Part shown: positions 35,529 to 46,217 of the stretch, piece after piece | Position numbering within the stretch: the stretch's first letter is position 1 | How the letters are laid out: each line of letters starts with the position of its first letter | From: Podarcis muralis | Lineage: Eukaryota | Direction: 5' to 3' | Length of the DNA stretch: 64,000 nucleotides | Assembly (NCBI RefSeq): GCF_964188315.1 | Contig: NC_135668.1 | Span: 22,754,001-22,818,000 of the forward strand | Position numbers and translations under genes: made by a program | Notes under the pieces: generated by a model | Databases searched by the model: none | The model's input: the letters and a program-made list of their open reading frames with translations, nothing else | What the model was told of the DNA's origin: nothing

Positions 35529-36604
35529 TGTCAGGAGCCAGAGTCAGGGGCAGGTCAGCCATAAAACACCCAGTGAAATTCAAAGAAACCCAAACAGCGC
35601 AGGCCTAGGGATCACACCAACTCTTCCCAGCAGGCCTTGACCCCAATGAGGAAGTTGTGATGACTGAAGGTCCCTGCCTTCCCACTGCTCTTGAAGGTTC
35701 ATCCCCTGGTTCCTTCCCTGGCATCCTTCGTCTTGTCTCTCTTTGCTTTGCCCTCTCTATTTCTCTGTGTATTCTGGGAGACCAGAGAGGAAGGGAGCTG
35801 GTGGAACTGGCAGAAATGACTGGCAGAATCCGAGATCAAGGAGAGGAGCAGGTGGAAGAGGACTGGAAGAAGTTTAAAGTTTATCTTCAAAAATATTGTA
35901 AAATTTATGAATGCTAAGGGCTCTGAAAATGAAATGAAGGGGTTTTAGCAATTAAGTTAAATAGACTTTAAAGAGATGGACAAAGGCTTAAAAATGAATA
36001 ACTAATGATCTTGCTGAATTAATTTTTAAAATAGAATACAAGAAGGGAAGGCGGGTGGAAGTAAAGAGAATAAGGTTCTGAAAGTTATCAAAATGAAAGA
36101 GTGTTCTTTTTTATGCTATACTTTTTTTCTGTATTCTTTTTTGTATTTTTTCTTTTTTTTTTGATGTTTTATTGTTTGGATTTTTGATGTTTGTCTGTTC
36201 TTTTTTGTGGTTTTTTCTGTTTGGTTGTTAATTCTTTGGAAATTTCTAATAAAATATTATTATTAAAAAAAAAAGAGAGAGAGGAAGGGAGCTGGTCCCA
36301 GCAGGAGGGAGAGATTCCCTAGCTTCTTTGGTAGCCTGCCTGCGCTCTGCCTCCTGACCCCTTTCTGCTGCCGCTTCTGATTCTGCACTGCTCTCTGCCA
36401 AAGACTCTTCCTGCTCACGAAACCCTGTTACCTCTTCAGCTTCCAGCATCTCCTCCCAGTCTGCTCCCTCTTCTCCCTCTGACCACTCATTGTTGTCCCA
36501 CCACCACTCCCTGGCTCTGAGCCTTCTTTCCCCCTGGGGGTACCCTTGGGGGTTCCCCAGTTGGTGCCTCCCACCACTTCTCTGCAACCAGCTAGTCCAT
36601 GACA
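35529..36604 (-). mobile_element. Solo LTR-like element (~585 bp after removing the nested L1 and one TSD)
   Basis: Inverted termini TGTCA...TGACA. Flanks aaaa / aaat give a near-match 4-bp TSD. Orientation is inferred. Confidence 0.6.
35803..36277 (+). mobile_element. L1-clade LINE 3' end with poly(A), nested in an LTR-like element
   Basis: ORF2-like C-terminus ELAEMTGRIRDQ...DWKKFKVYL*, T-rich UTR, AATAAA (36248) and A-tail. 19-bp TSD AGAGAGGAAGGGAGCTGGT at 35784-35802 and 36278-36296. Confidence 0.82.
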
Positions 36605-36994
36605 AAATGAAAATAAGATCCAATTCAAAAACCGACTGGGATAAAAGCTACATTGTGGCCTTTCTGATCAACCCTCATGCAGTCTTCCACTTTGCTCTTA
36701 CCTCCCGCCACACTCGTGCCTGCTCAAAAAAACCCCACAAATCCTAGAGCAGGTGGGGGCTGGGTTTGCCCTCACTGGCTCCCATTGAGTTCTATAGGGG
36801 AAAATGAATGGGCTGCAGTCTGGGAGGCAGCTGAGGACAGGAGGTGTTTCCAAAAACAGCTCCCAGGCACAGCTGCACACATGGATATGGCTCCCAGGAC
36901 ATTTTGAGAATACTCTTTTTGTCAAGGAAAGAGTTTTATACTGCTTGGCAAAAACTGTTCAAAGCAGGCCCTAACCTAAGCAGTTCTTACAGAT

Positions 36995-37041
<47 letters not shown>

Positions 37042-38450
37042 GCAAACAGTATAACATCCCCCCCCTTCACAAATGTCTTCCGTGGAGTACGCTGGGGACC
37101 ATATTCACCTGTGCAGTTGTTGTCTTTGTGTGTGTGTCTTTGCGCCAAGAGCTGCTCTTTCCTTGAGTGTCCTGGTCTTTCCATGGGGAGGAATGCCTCT
37201 CCGAAAGGCAGCTGTAGGCTAGTGGTGGGAAGGGGGAGCCCTTTTGGACACTTCCTGGTTTGAAAGGAAAGCAAAGGCAGTGTGGGGGTCTAGAAGCCTC
37301 AAGCTCAGTGGCCTCAGCTACAGATGGGAGGCTGGGGAAGTGGGTCTCAGGAAAGGCCTGGCTCTCCTTCCCATCAAAATTGGCGGGCCTTTTGGATAGT
37401 AAATAAATAAATCAGAGAGAGGAGCACGAATCCACATGCGGTAAGCTAAACCACATGTGCTTATTGGATGCCTTTTTCCACATCTGGACCTAAAGATGAC
37501 AGTATAGTTTCTTCTTGTCAAATTCCATTACTACATTGTCTCTTATGCAAACACAATAAAAATGAAGATTTTTCTCCCCTCCACCCAACTTAAGTTGCTG
37601 TGCCCAAGCATCGTTGACTGTCTTTCTCCTTGCTCAAGTAGCTTTCCCTTTAACCTACTAGCAGGCTAACCTGAAAACCAGATATGGTTAGCAAGACTTT
37701 TGGATTAGCCTGTGGGGACCCAGTGGCAAATCAATGCCAATTGTTTTATAGTGATTTATCCCCCCCTCCCCACACATTATAACCAACAAAATCCAGGTGT
37801 TTGCCTGCTAGCAAATCACACACCCTTTATCTGGACATGGTACAAACCTGTCGTTCTGCTTTGGCACCAGTCATTTCCCAGGTTGCCTGGGGACTGTGAG
37901 TACTGACCCTACCTGACCAAGCAAGGGAGAGAGTCGATACCCTCTTATCCATCACTTTTTTTTAAGGCTACCAGTGTGTCACAACTGACTCTGTACCATA
38001 GATACGAGCTGGACAGTTTATATTGTGATTCAAAGCAAACCTTTTGAAAGTTTGTAAATGTGCTCAAAACACCAGCTCATCGAAAGCTGCTTTTTAGACA
38101 CTGCGTTCTTTTTAGGAAGAAGGAGTTAAAATATGGAGCTGCAGTAGAGGGCTCCTGTTCCAGGGGTATTCTTTGGCTGTCTGCTCATCTCAGTATAAAC
38201 TGACTTTATTACCCCACCACCACCCCCAGCAGCTGTCCGTCCCCCCCCCCCAATGCACTGAAATGGCAAAAAAATTGAAAGCTTGCAAAAGGGGGAGGGG
38301 ATTTTGCATTGGAAGTGAATGTAACACAAACTTTTCAGTGAAAAGTATTTTGAGCCTGAGCCAAAGGTTCCTACAACGACAATATTCAGTTTCCAGTGAA
38401 GGGGAGATACATCAGAGAGAGATATTATCAGAGAGAAATATTATCTTATC

Positions 38451-38452
<2 letters not shown>

Positions 38453-38498
<46 letters not shown>
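38453..38498. repeat. (GA)n microsatellite
   Basis: Direct reading; preceded by decayed atcagagaga units. Confidence 0.96.
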
Positions 38499-38501
<3 letters not shown>

Positions 38502-39232
38502 GAGAGAGGCGCTCTGGTGGGTTAAAAGTAAACATTAGCCCAGTGGGTCTCAAACTGTCTCTGGCAATCCTCAAAAGCTTAGGGGTTTCTCAATGAGAAA
38601 GGCATATTGCCTACTACGAATGCTGAGCTGAAGTATCTCCTAGGAAGAGGTGTTGAGCTTGTTGGGTAGGCTATGCCTCCCTCAAGGAAGAACTTCATGC
38701 CATGCATTTAAAGTGTAATTCTGCGCAGATTCTACTCTGAAATAAGCCGTGCAGAGTTAAGGGAGGCCAGTATAAAATACCGGTTTAATTCATTTCTTCT
38801 GTGGCTGTTAACTCTGAAGCCATAATGGTCAGCTTCCTTGTCACTGTTGATTGGCACCATTTTGTTCTAATCGCCCTGCAGTATTGCAGCAACACAAGGC
38901 AGCGAGGGGTTCGCCCTACTACTCAGGCAAAGTGTGGCCTCTTCTTGGTCTTCTTACCCTGAATTGCGACACAGCAGTGGAAGATGTGAAGTTAGTTCTG
39001 CAGAACTTCTCAGGGGCTTTTGACAGTTTTGGCCATGGTATCCTTTGGAGATGGTAGCCCAAAAGGAGAGTTATAGGCACTTGTGTTGTGCTGGTTTCAG
39101 TCGTTCCTGTAAGGCTGGTTCCAGACAGCAGGACTAGGAGATTATTGTTCAACCCTATATTCTTTAGGTTTTAGGATACATTAATACTCTCCTACATTTC
39201 TCTGATGAAAATAGGGATGAGATGTCCTATTC

Positions 39233-39267
<35 letters not shown>

Positions 39268-42200
39268 CCTGTCCACCTGACTGGGTTGCCCCACACACTC
39301 TGAGTGGCTTCCAACATATATAAGAACATTATTTAATTAAACATTAAAAAACTTTCCCTATCCTTTAGATGTCTTCTAAAGGTTGTATCGTTATTTATTT
39401 TCTTGGTTCCGGGAGGGGGGGGGTGTCACATAACTCCATACCCTCCAACATTTCTCTGGTGAAAATAGGGATGTCCTAAGGAAAAGCAGGACCTTATGGG
39501 ACCAGAAACTGGGATGGCTTCTGTAAATCTAGGACTGTCTCTGGAAAGTAGGGACACTGGAGGGTCTGTGCATCACAATTCCATCTCATTGCCCATGCTA
39601 TTCAGCATCTACATGAAACTCCTGAACGTATGAAGAGCCCTTCTGGATCAGACCAAAGACATCCTACTTCAACATCCTGTTGTAATAGTAGCCAGCCAAA
39701 ATACCTATGGGTCACCTGCAAGAGGGACCTGAGTGCAACAGCACTTTCTCCACTTGTGAGTCTTGGCAAGTGGTATTCAGAGACCTACTGCCTCCAACAG
39801 TGGAGAGTGAACATAGCCATCATGGAGAACAAAGCTATCAGTGGGTACTAACCATGATGCCTATGTTCTGAGGCAGATGAATCATTGTCAAGTCCTTGCA
39901 TATGCAGCCTTTGAAAACCACCCAACCTGGAAGCAATGAGGAATAGTTCTCTCATTCTATCTGTGGGCTCTCTGCAACCTTCTATATAGAAACCCACGCT
40001 TGGTTGTGCTGATGACCATGAGACTCTATTCTAAACATGCTTTTCGGAGAAGCGGGTTCCGGTAAATGTGTAGGGCTGGAAAATGCATTGTGCTAGGAGG
40101 GAGAGAGGGTCATCTGAAAGCTTGTGGTGTGGAGGGGGAAGGCATTCCACACTGTTGAATGTTTCCTGCTGGATTTGGAAGTAGCCAAATGTGTGTTTGT
40201 GGGGTGGTATTAAAAATCAACACTACTCCTTTCAGTAAAAAGAAAATACTTGCATATATGAAGCAGTAAAGGACTAGGCAGGTTTGCATCTTCAGGACTT
40301 CTGTCCTCTTTCAAAAAAAAGTGTTCTCTTCAAATACAAATGTTAAGCTCTTGGGCCATCGGGTCTGACTAGGGTGTGTGTGTTCACATATGTGTGCTGA
40401 GGAGTGAAGAAAGTGATAGAAGTCTCAGAATTCATCTCTGTGACAAACTCGGTTAAATAAAAAAGCAAGTTTCTAGCACATTTGGTTTAAATATATGAGT
40501 TTTACCTACTGAAAATTCAAAGAGAAGTGGCTGAACAGGATTTCCAGGACTTGAGGGGGATGGAGTTCCCCATGATTAGCAAAACCAGATTACTACATTC
40601 ACAACTGTAACCCTTTCAGAATTAATTATTTAATTTCTGCAGTTGGCAGAATTCTGGTTTTCTTGGTACAGAATCTCAGACTCCAATTCCATGGGCTCTT
40701 TCTTGGGAAGACATATCGTTTGGACTCAGCAGGCTCTGTTTCCAGCTAAACAAGTGTAACGTTAATGTGCTGTGTTTTTGATTGATGGTTGAAGCCCAAT
40801 TCCAGTTGTATCAGCAGCAGTTTTCAAGAATGTACAACACTGCAATGGTAGCTCTTCTTCACAACCTTGTAGCTGTTCTCTGGGTTCTGGAAGGAACCAC
40901 TATTATGCAGGATGAGGCTTTGCCAATATTGTATAGCGAGAGGGACTAGTCCTCTGGGTGGTTGGATTTTGTCCCTCTCTCTGTCACTGTCTTACTATTG
41001 ATGTCCAACCACTAGAGAAGAAGGATGAGATCCCACCCTTCCTCCTCATTCCCCAGATCCTCTTGAACTGTTCATGTGCAAAAAGGAAAGTCCATTCCTG
41101 AAGGCCACACTTGCCATTTCTTCCCATGTGGTCCTGCTCAGTGGTTGACATTAGTCATTCATAAAAAAAAGCAGGCTAGCTGCAAATAACCCATACCTAA
41201 CCTTGCAACCCTGTGTTTCATAACATCTAGACTAGACCATTGGTAGCTTGTTAAAATGCAGTTGTGTAATCAACAAAGTGTGTTGGCTTCTATTAATTTC
41301 CTGTTGGGGCTGTTTCCATACTCTGTTGACTGCTTATTGGATTCAATGCCTCAGGGCTATAGAGGGTTTGGTTTTCTGTTCACGTCCCGTCCTCACCACC
41401 ACTTACTTGCTTTATTTCCTTATGCAAACCATGAATTGCATTTCAAAATAAATCTTAGGCTAAAGTAAAAGTTGCACACGTAACGTTGCTTTTGAAAATA
41501 ACGAAAGTTTTGCTTCGAGGGATTGTATGGTCCATACAGACCCTTTCTTGTTTCTTCTCTAGCTGGTTTTGTGGGCTGCTGTGGTTATCATTATTATTAT
41601 TAAATTTTATGAAGGTTTATAGAGAAAAATACAAAACTTAATATCTTTCCCCTTTTTTTAACCAAACCAAGATCACTGATTGATTTTCATATGTTTTTAT
41701 TTAGTGTCATCAGTGTTACAGTGTATTATATTATGTTATTAATATTGCATGCCCTTCACCAGCAGATCCCAATTTTAAATTTAAAACAGTTAAAACATAA
41801 ATAGGGAGCAGCCTAAAATACATTAGTGTAGGTACCCAGCAAGCCTCCCCAAGAGAGGGTTCCATAGGTTAGGTGCCATCCCCAAAAGACCCCGTCCCCT
41901 TGTCGCCATTCTCCTTACGTCCCTGAACCACCCAGCTCCACCCTTGTCCAGTCCAGACTTGGCCTGGCTCCACCCATTGATGCCACATACTTATCAGTTC
42001 ACACCCTGGCAACCTTGTCTTCCTGACACTTGATGCATCTCGGCTGTCCTGCCTGGCTGAGCTAGGTGGCTGTGACTTTGCAGGTGTTTGAATTCATTTA
42101 GCCATAAATATTTATGCCTGCCAAGCTTAACTTGAGCCCCCATGTTTATCTCCTGCCATCAATATTGTATAGCTTTGAGATGCCTGCACTTCCCATGGCT

Positions 42201-42520
42201 GTTTCCCGATACCAGTGGAAAGTACTTGATACATCTGAATATAGGACAGAGACTGCGGCTGTTTCTGTTGCTTTGGTATCTGAGACCCCCTCAAGCAGAC
42301 TCGCCTTTGTTTTCCTCCCAGCCTGTTCCTGGCCCAAGTCATATCATTATCCCCAAAGCCATCCTTTTAAAGGAAGCCACTGGCTTATGTAAGCCAGTGT
42401 TTTCCACAATTCTGATCTTAAAAGCAAAGATCTCAACTAAAATTGGAGGCCATTTTTGCCCCTGAAATGTGTGCTTTTAGAATGTTTAAGTAGGAAGCTG
42501 CCTTAGACCAGGTCAAGGCT

Positions 42521-42709
42521 ACCTAACCAAGTATTGTCTGCTTTGAGATGAGAACAGGAGCTCATGCAGAGATTCAACACACAGTCTTATATGGGGACAG
42601 GCATTCTAAATAAAGGAACACACTAGAAATGCCTGTCCCCATATAAGACTGTGTGTTGAATCTCTGCATGAGTTACTGTTCTCATCTCAAAGCAGACAAT
42701 ACTTGGTTA
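42521..42709. repeat. 88-bp near-perfect inverted repeat with 15-nt spacer
   Basis: Left arm 42521-42608. Right arm 42624-42709 plus ggt at 43085-43087, beyond the SINE. Three differences between arms. Confidence 0.95.
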
Positions 42710-43072
42710 AAGGTAAAGGTAAAGGTACCCCTGCCTGTACGGGCCAGTCTTGACAGACTCTAGGGTTGTGCGCCCATTTCACTTAAGAGGCCGGGGGCCA
42801 GCGCTGTCCGGAGACACTTCCGGGTCATGTGGCCAGCGTGACATCGCTGCTCTGGTGAGCCAGAGCCGCACACGGAAACGCCGTTTACCTTCCCGCTAGT
42901 AAGCGGTCCCTATTTATCTACTTGCACCCGGGGGTGCTTTCGAACTGCTAGGTTGGCAGGCGCTGGGACCGAGCAACGGGAGCGCACCCTGCCGCGGGGA
43001 TTCGAACTGCCGACCTTGCGATCGGCAAGCCCTAGGCGCTGAGGCTTTTACCCACAGCGCCACCCACGTCCC
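42710..43072 (-). mobile_element. Sauria SINE, subfamily B, with 12-bp TSD
   Basis: TSD AATACTTGGTTA at 42698-42709 and 43073-43084. Confidence 0.94.
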
Positions 43073-43508
43073 AATACTTGGTTAGGTTGCAGCAATCCAG
43101 TCACACTTGAAGTTATACGGCAACACCCCCCCCCCCTTATGCAGCAACAGAGAGGGAGGGAGAGAGAACAGCAGAGACCAGTTAGGAAGAGGCAGAGCAC
43201 AGAATATTGCAGAGGCCTAGCAGGCAGCCTCCTGGTAGATGGGAGGTGGATAGTTTTATCTCAGCCCACCCACAATTTAGATGAGATTTAGTACAAGGCA
43301 AGACTGATAGAGGGGAATTGCTCATATTGAAAGCCCTGCTGGATCCCTGTTTGGAGGTGTACAATCTAAAAGACATCACAAAAGGAAAAAGGGGTGAGGA
43401 GGAAAGAGGAAAACAAGCTAACTCTCAGGCACTGGTGATTAGTTAGTTAGTTAGTTGGTTTAAGTTACATAGTAATTATTATAATGCTTAGCTTGAATGG
43501 AAACAGTG

Positions 43509-43643
43509 CAGGCATGGCCAATTTGGCTCTCCAGCTGTTTTGGGACTACAATTCCCATCATCCCTGACCACTGGTCCTGTTAGCTAGGGATGATGGGGGT
43601 TGTAGGCCCAAAACAAATGGAAGGCCAAATTTGGCCATGCCTG
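43509..43643. mobile_element. Palindromic hAT-type MITE
   Basis: Same gggactaca(a/c)tcccatcatccct core and CAGGCATGGCCAA termini; TSD not matched. Confidence 0.8.
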
Positions 43644-43954
43644 GTTTAGGGACAGGAGGAATCCAACAAAGCTATTCTTTTCAGCAGAGCTAGTGGAATG
43701 AACCCAACTGTCTCATTGGTGGATTGGCAACTGAAAGGTGACTGTTCCTTCATAGATGGCTAATTTTTTGGTCAGCTCATTTCACTGTTTGCAGGAAGAA
43801 GGGCGCATTTTACTGTTGCTCGAGGGCAAGATTTTTTTTAAAAAAATCATGATACAGTACTGGATTTAAAAGACCTTTTGCCATGTCATATGCATCAGAA
43901 ATATGCCTGGCTTTTTAGTGTAGAAGATAGGACAAAGATGGCTATGAGTAGTAA

Positions 43955-44400
43955 GAACAGAAGAAGTGCATTGCTGGATCAGACTAACGTACCATCCATC
44001 TAGCCCATCATCCTGTTCTCACAGTGGCCAGGAAGATGTCTGTGGGAGCCCGAAAGCAAGACCAGAGCACAAGAGCACCTCTCCCCTCTTGTGTTCCCCA
44101 GCGCTGCTTTTCAGAGACACAGTGCCTCCAACAGTGAAGGGAAAACATAGCCATGGTATCTAGGAGCCATTGATCGCCTTATTCCCCCCCCCCCCATGAA
44201 CTCCCTTTCAGAGTCATCCATGTTGGTGGCCATCACTTCCTCTTGTGATAGTCCATTGCAGTGGCATGTTTACTGCTTTAACTTCTTTTCCTTTTATTGT
44301 AATGAAAATATATTTATGTGTACTAGCAGGAAAGGCTTCTTGCATGGTCCCTTGGGAAGACAGTCTCAATGCAATTGGTGGAACAGGTTATGCTAATCTC
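43955..44400 (-). mobile_element. Old CR1-type LINE 3' portion (same family at ~10200-10610, ~22720-22920, ~39620-39870, ~50840-50925)
   Basis: gtaagaacag tail, catcctgttctcacagtggcc, ttggtggccatcac. Confidence 0.7.
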
Positions 44401-44588
44401 TGGACTGTAGTATAGTAGATGTTTGCTTCTCACTGGTCTACAATCCATAATCCTCTTAATTCCTTTTGAGTAGCCGCTGATATTGCTAAAACCTATGCTT
44501 AAAGAGCAGGGAAGAGCTTATCTTAAAAGCCCTTCTATTCATGTAAGCAAATGTGTAGGGTGATTGGCTACTTTATCCATTCTTACAT

Positions 44589-44624
44589 AGTAACATTCTC
44601 TCTCCCCTCCCCCTGTTTTCTTAG
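44589..44624 (+). promoter_or_regulatory. 3' splice site: putative branch point (gTAAc), polypyrimidine tract and AG
   Basis: agtaacattctctctcccctccccctgttttcttag|ATGCAG. Confidence 0.93.
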
Positions 44625-46217
44625 ATGCAGCAGCTATTTTACGAAAACTACGAGCAGAACAAAAAAGGTTACATCAAAGACCTCCGTAATAGCAAGATCC
44701 ACAGGGCGATCACCTTGCACCCAAACAAGAGCCCGCCCTACCAATACAGGCTCCATAGCTACATGCTTAGTCGCAAAATAGCAGAGCTGCGCTACCGGAC
44801 CATCCAGCTGCACCGAGAAATCGTCCTCGTGAGCAAATACAGCAGTACGGAAGTCCACAGGGATGACCTTCAGCTGGGCATCGCGCCTTCCTTCATGCGG
44901 TTTCAGCCGAGGCAACGAGAGGATGTTCTGGAGTGGGAGTTCCTCACAGGGAAGTACCTTTACTCCGCTGCAGATGGGCAGCCACCTCGTCGAGGGATGG
45001 ACTCCTCTCAGCGCGAGGCGTTGGACGACATTGTGATGCAGGTCATGGAGATGATCAACGCCAACGCCAAGACCAGAGGGCGGATCATAGACTTCAAGGA
45101 GATCCAGTACGGCTATCGCAGGGTGAATCCAATGTACGGGGCGGAATACGTTCTCGACTTACTGCTCTTGTACAAGAAGCACAAGGGGAAGAAAATGACG
45201 GTTCCCGTCCGCAGGCATGCATACTTGCAACAGACCTTTAGCAAAGTCCAGTTTATGGAGCACGACGAGATAGATGCCAAAGAACTGGCCAATAAGATCA
45301 ACCAGGATTCAGGGTCTTTGTCTTTCCTCTCCAATTCCCTCAAGATGTTTGTCCCATTCCAGCTGAGTAAGTCGAAAGCGGAGAAGAAGGAACCCAAAGA
45401 CAAGAAGATCAACATCTTGATTCCTTTGTCTGGGCGCTTTGACATGTTTGCTCGCTTCATGGCGAACTTTGAAAAGACCTGCCTCATTCCTAATCAGAAC
45501 GTCAAATTGGTTGTCCTGCTTTTCAATTCGGACTCCAACCCTGACAAAGCCAGGCAGGTTGAACTGATGAGGGATTATCGCCTGAAATACCCCAAGGCAG
45601 ACATGCAGATCTTGCCGGTGTCTGGTGAATTTTCCCGAGCTCTGGCGCTAGAAGTTGGGTCCTCTCAGTTCAGCAACGAGTCCTTGTTGTTTTTCTGCGA
45701 TGTCGACTTGGTGTTTACGGCAGACTTTCTCCAGCGGTGCAGAGCCAACACCGTTTTAGGGCAACAGATTTATTTCCCAGTCATCTTTAGCCAGTACGAT
45801 CCAAAGATTGTCTATAGTGGAAAAGTTCCTAGTGATAATCACTTTGCCTTCACCCAGAAAACCGGCTTCTGGAGAAACTATGGCTTTGGGATTGCCTGCA
45901 TTTACAAGGGTGATCTTATTCGAGCTGGTGGTTTTGATGTCTCTATCCAAGGTTGGGGTCTTGAGGATGTCGACTTGTTTAACAAAGTTGTCCAGGCTGG
46001 CCTAAAGACTTTCCGGAGCCAAGAGGTTGGAGTTGTCCACGTACACCATCCTGTCTTTTGTGACCCCAACCTTGATCCAAAACAGTATAAAATGTGCTTG
46101 GGCTCCAAAGCATCAACTTATGGGTCTACGCAACAGTTGGCTGAGCTGTGGCTTCAAAAAAATGAGCCCAGCTTTGGGAAAAACAGCATTGCTAATGGTT
46201 CCCTGAGGACAGCCTAA
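44625..46217 (+). CDS. CHSY1: Chondroitin sulfate synthase 1, terminal coding exon (C-terminal 530 aa, GalNAc-transferase region)
   Basis: Uninterrupted ORF MQQLFYENYEQNKKGY...NGSLRTA*, nearly identical to the recalled C-terminal two-thirds of human CHSY1. Contains the DxD motif (FFCDVD) and WGLEDVD. It starts immediately after a polypyrimidine tract + TTAG, so the ATG is an internal Met, not the start codon. Confidence 0.98.
   Translation: MQQLFYENYEQNKKGYIKDLRNSKIHRAITLHPNKSPPYQYRLHSYMLSRKIAELRYRTIQLHREIVLVSKYSSTEVHRDDLQLGIAPSFMRFQPRQREDVLEWEFLTGKYLYSAADGQPPRRGMDSSQREALDDIVMQVMEMINANAKTRGRIIDFKEIQYGYRRVNPMYGAEYVLDLLLLYKKHKGKKMTVPVRRHAYLQQTFSKVQFMEHDEIDAKELANKINQDSGSLSFLSNSLKMFVPFQLSKSKAEKKEPKDKKINILIPLSGRFDMFARFMANFEKTCLIPNQNVKLVVLLFNSDSNPDKARQVELMRDYRLKYPKADMQILPVSGEFSRALALEVGSSQFSNESLLFFCDVDLVFTADFLQRCRANTVLGQQIYFPVIFSQYDPKIVYSGKVPSDNHFAFTQKTGFWRNYGFGIACIYKGDLIRAGGFDVSIQGWGLEDVDLFNKVVQAGLKTFRSQEVGVVHVHHPVFCDPNLDPKQYKMCLGSKASTYGSTQQLAELWLQKNEPSFGKNSIANGSLRTA

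Larger units (their letters stand above)
1..44624 (+). other. CHSY1: Long last intron of CHSY1 (its 5' end lies outside the window)
   Basis: Ends in a canonical phase-0 acceptor. No ORF matches the preceding exon (which ends ...QCVWSYE in human). Content is TE-rich and CpG-poor. Confidence 0.85.

Noticed and set aside
44551-46108. Alternative-frame and antisense ORFs over the CHSY1 exon
   Set aside because: Shadow ORFs of a GC-balanced coding exon.
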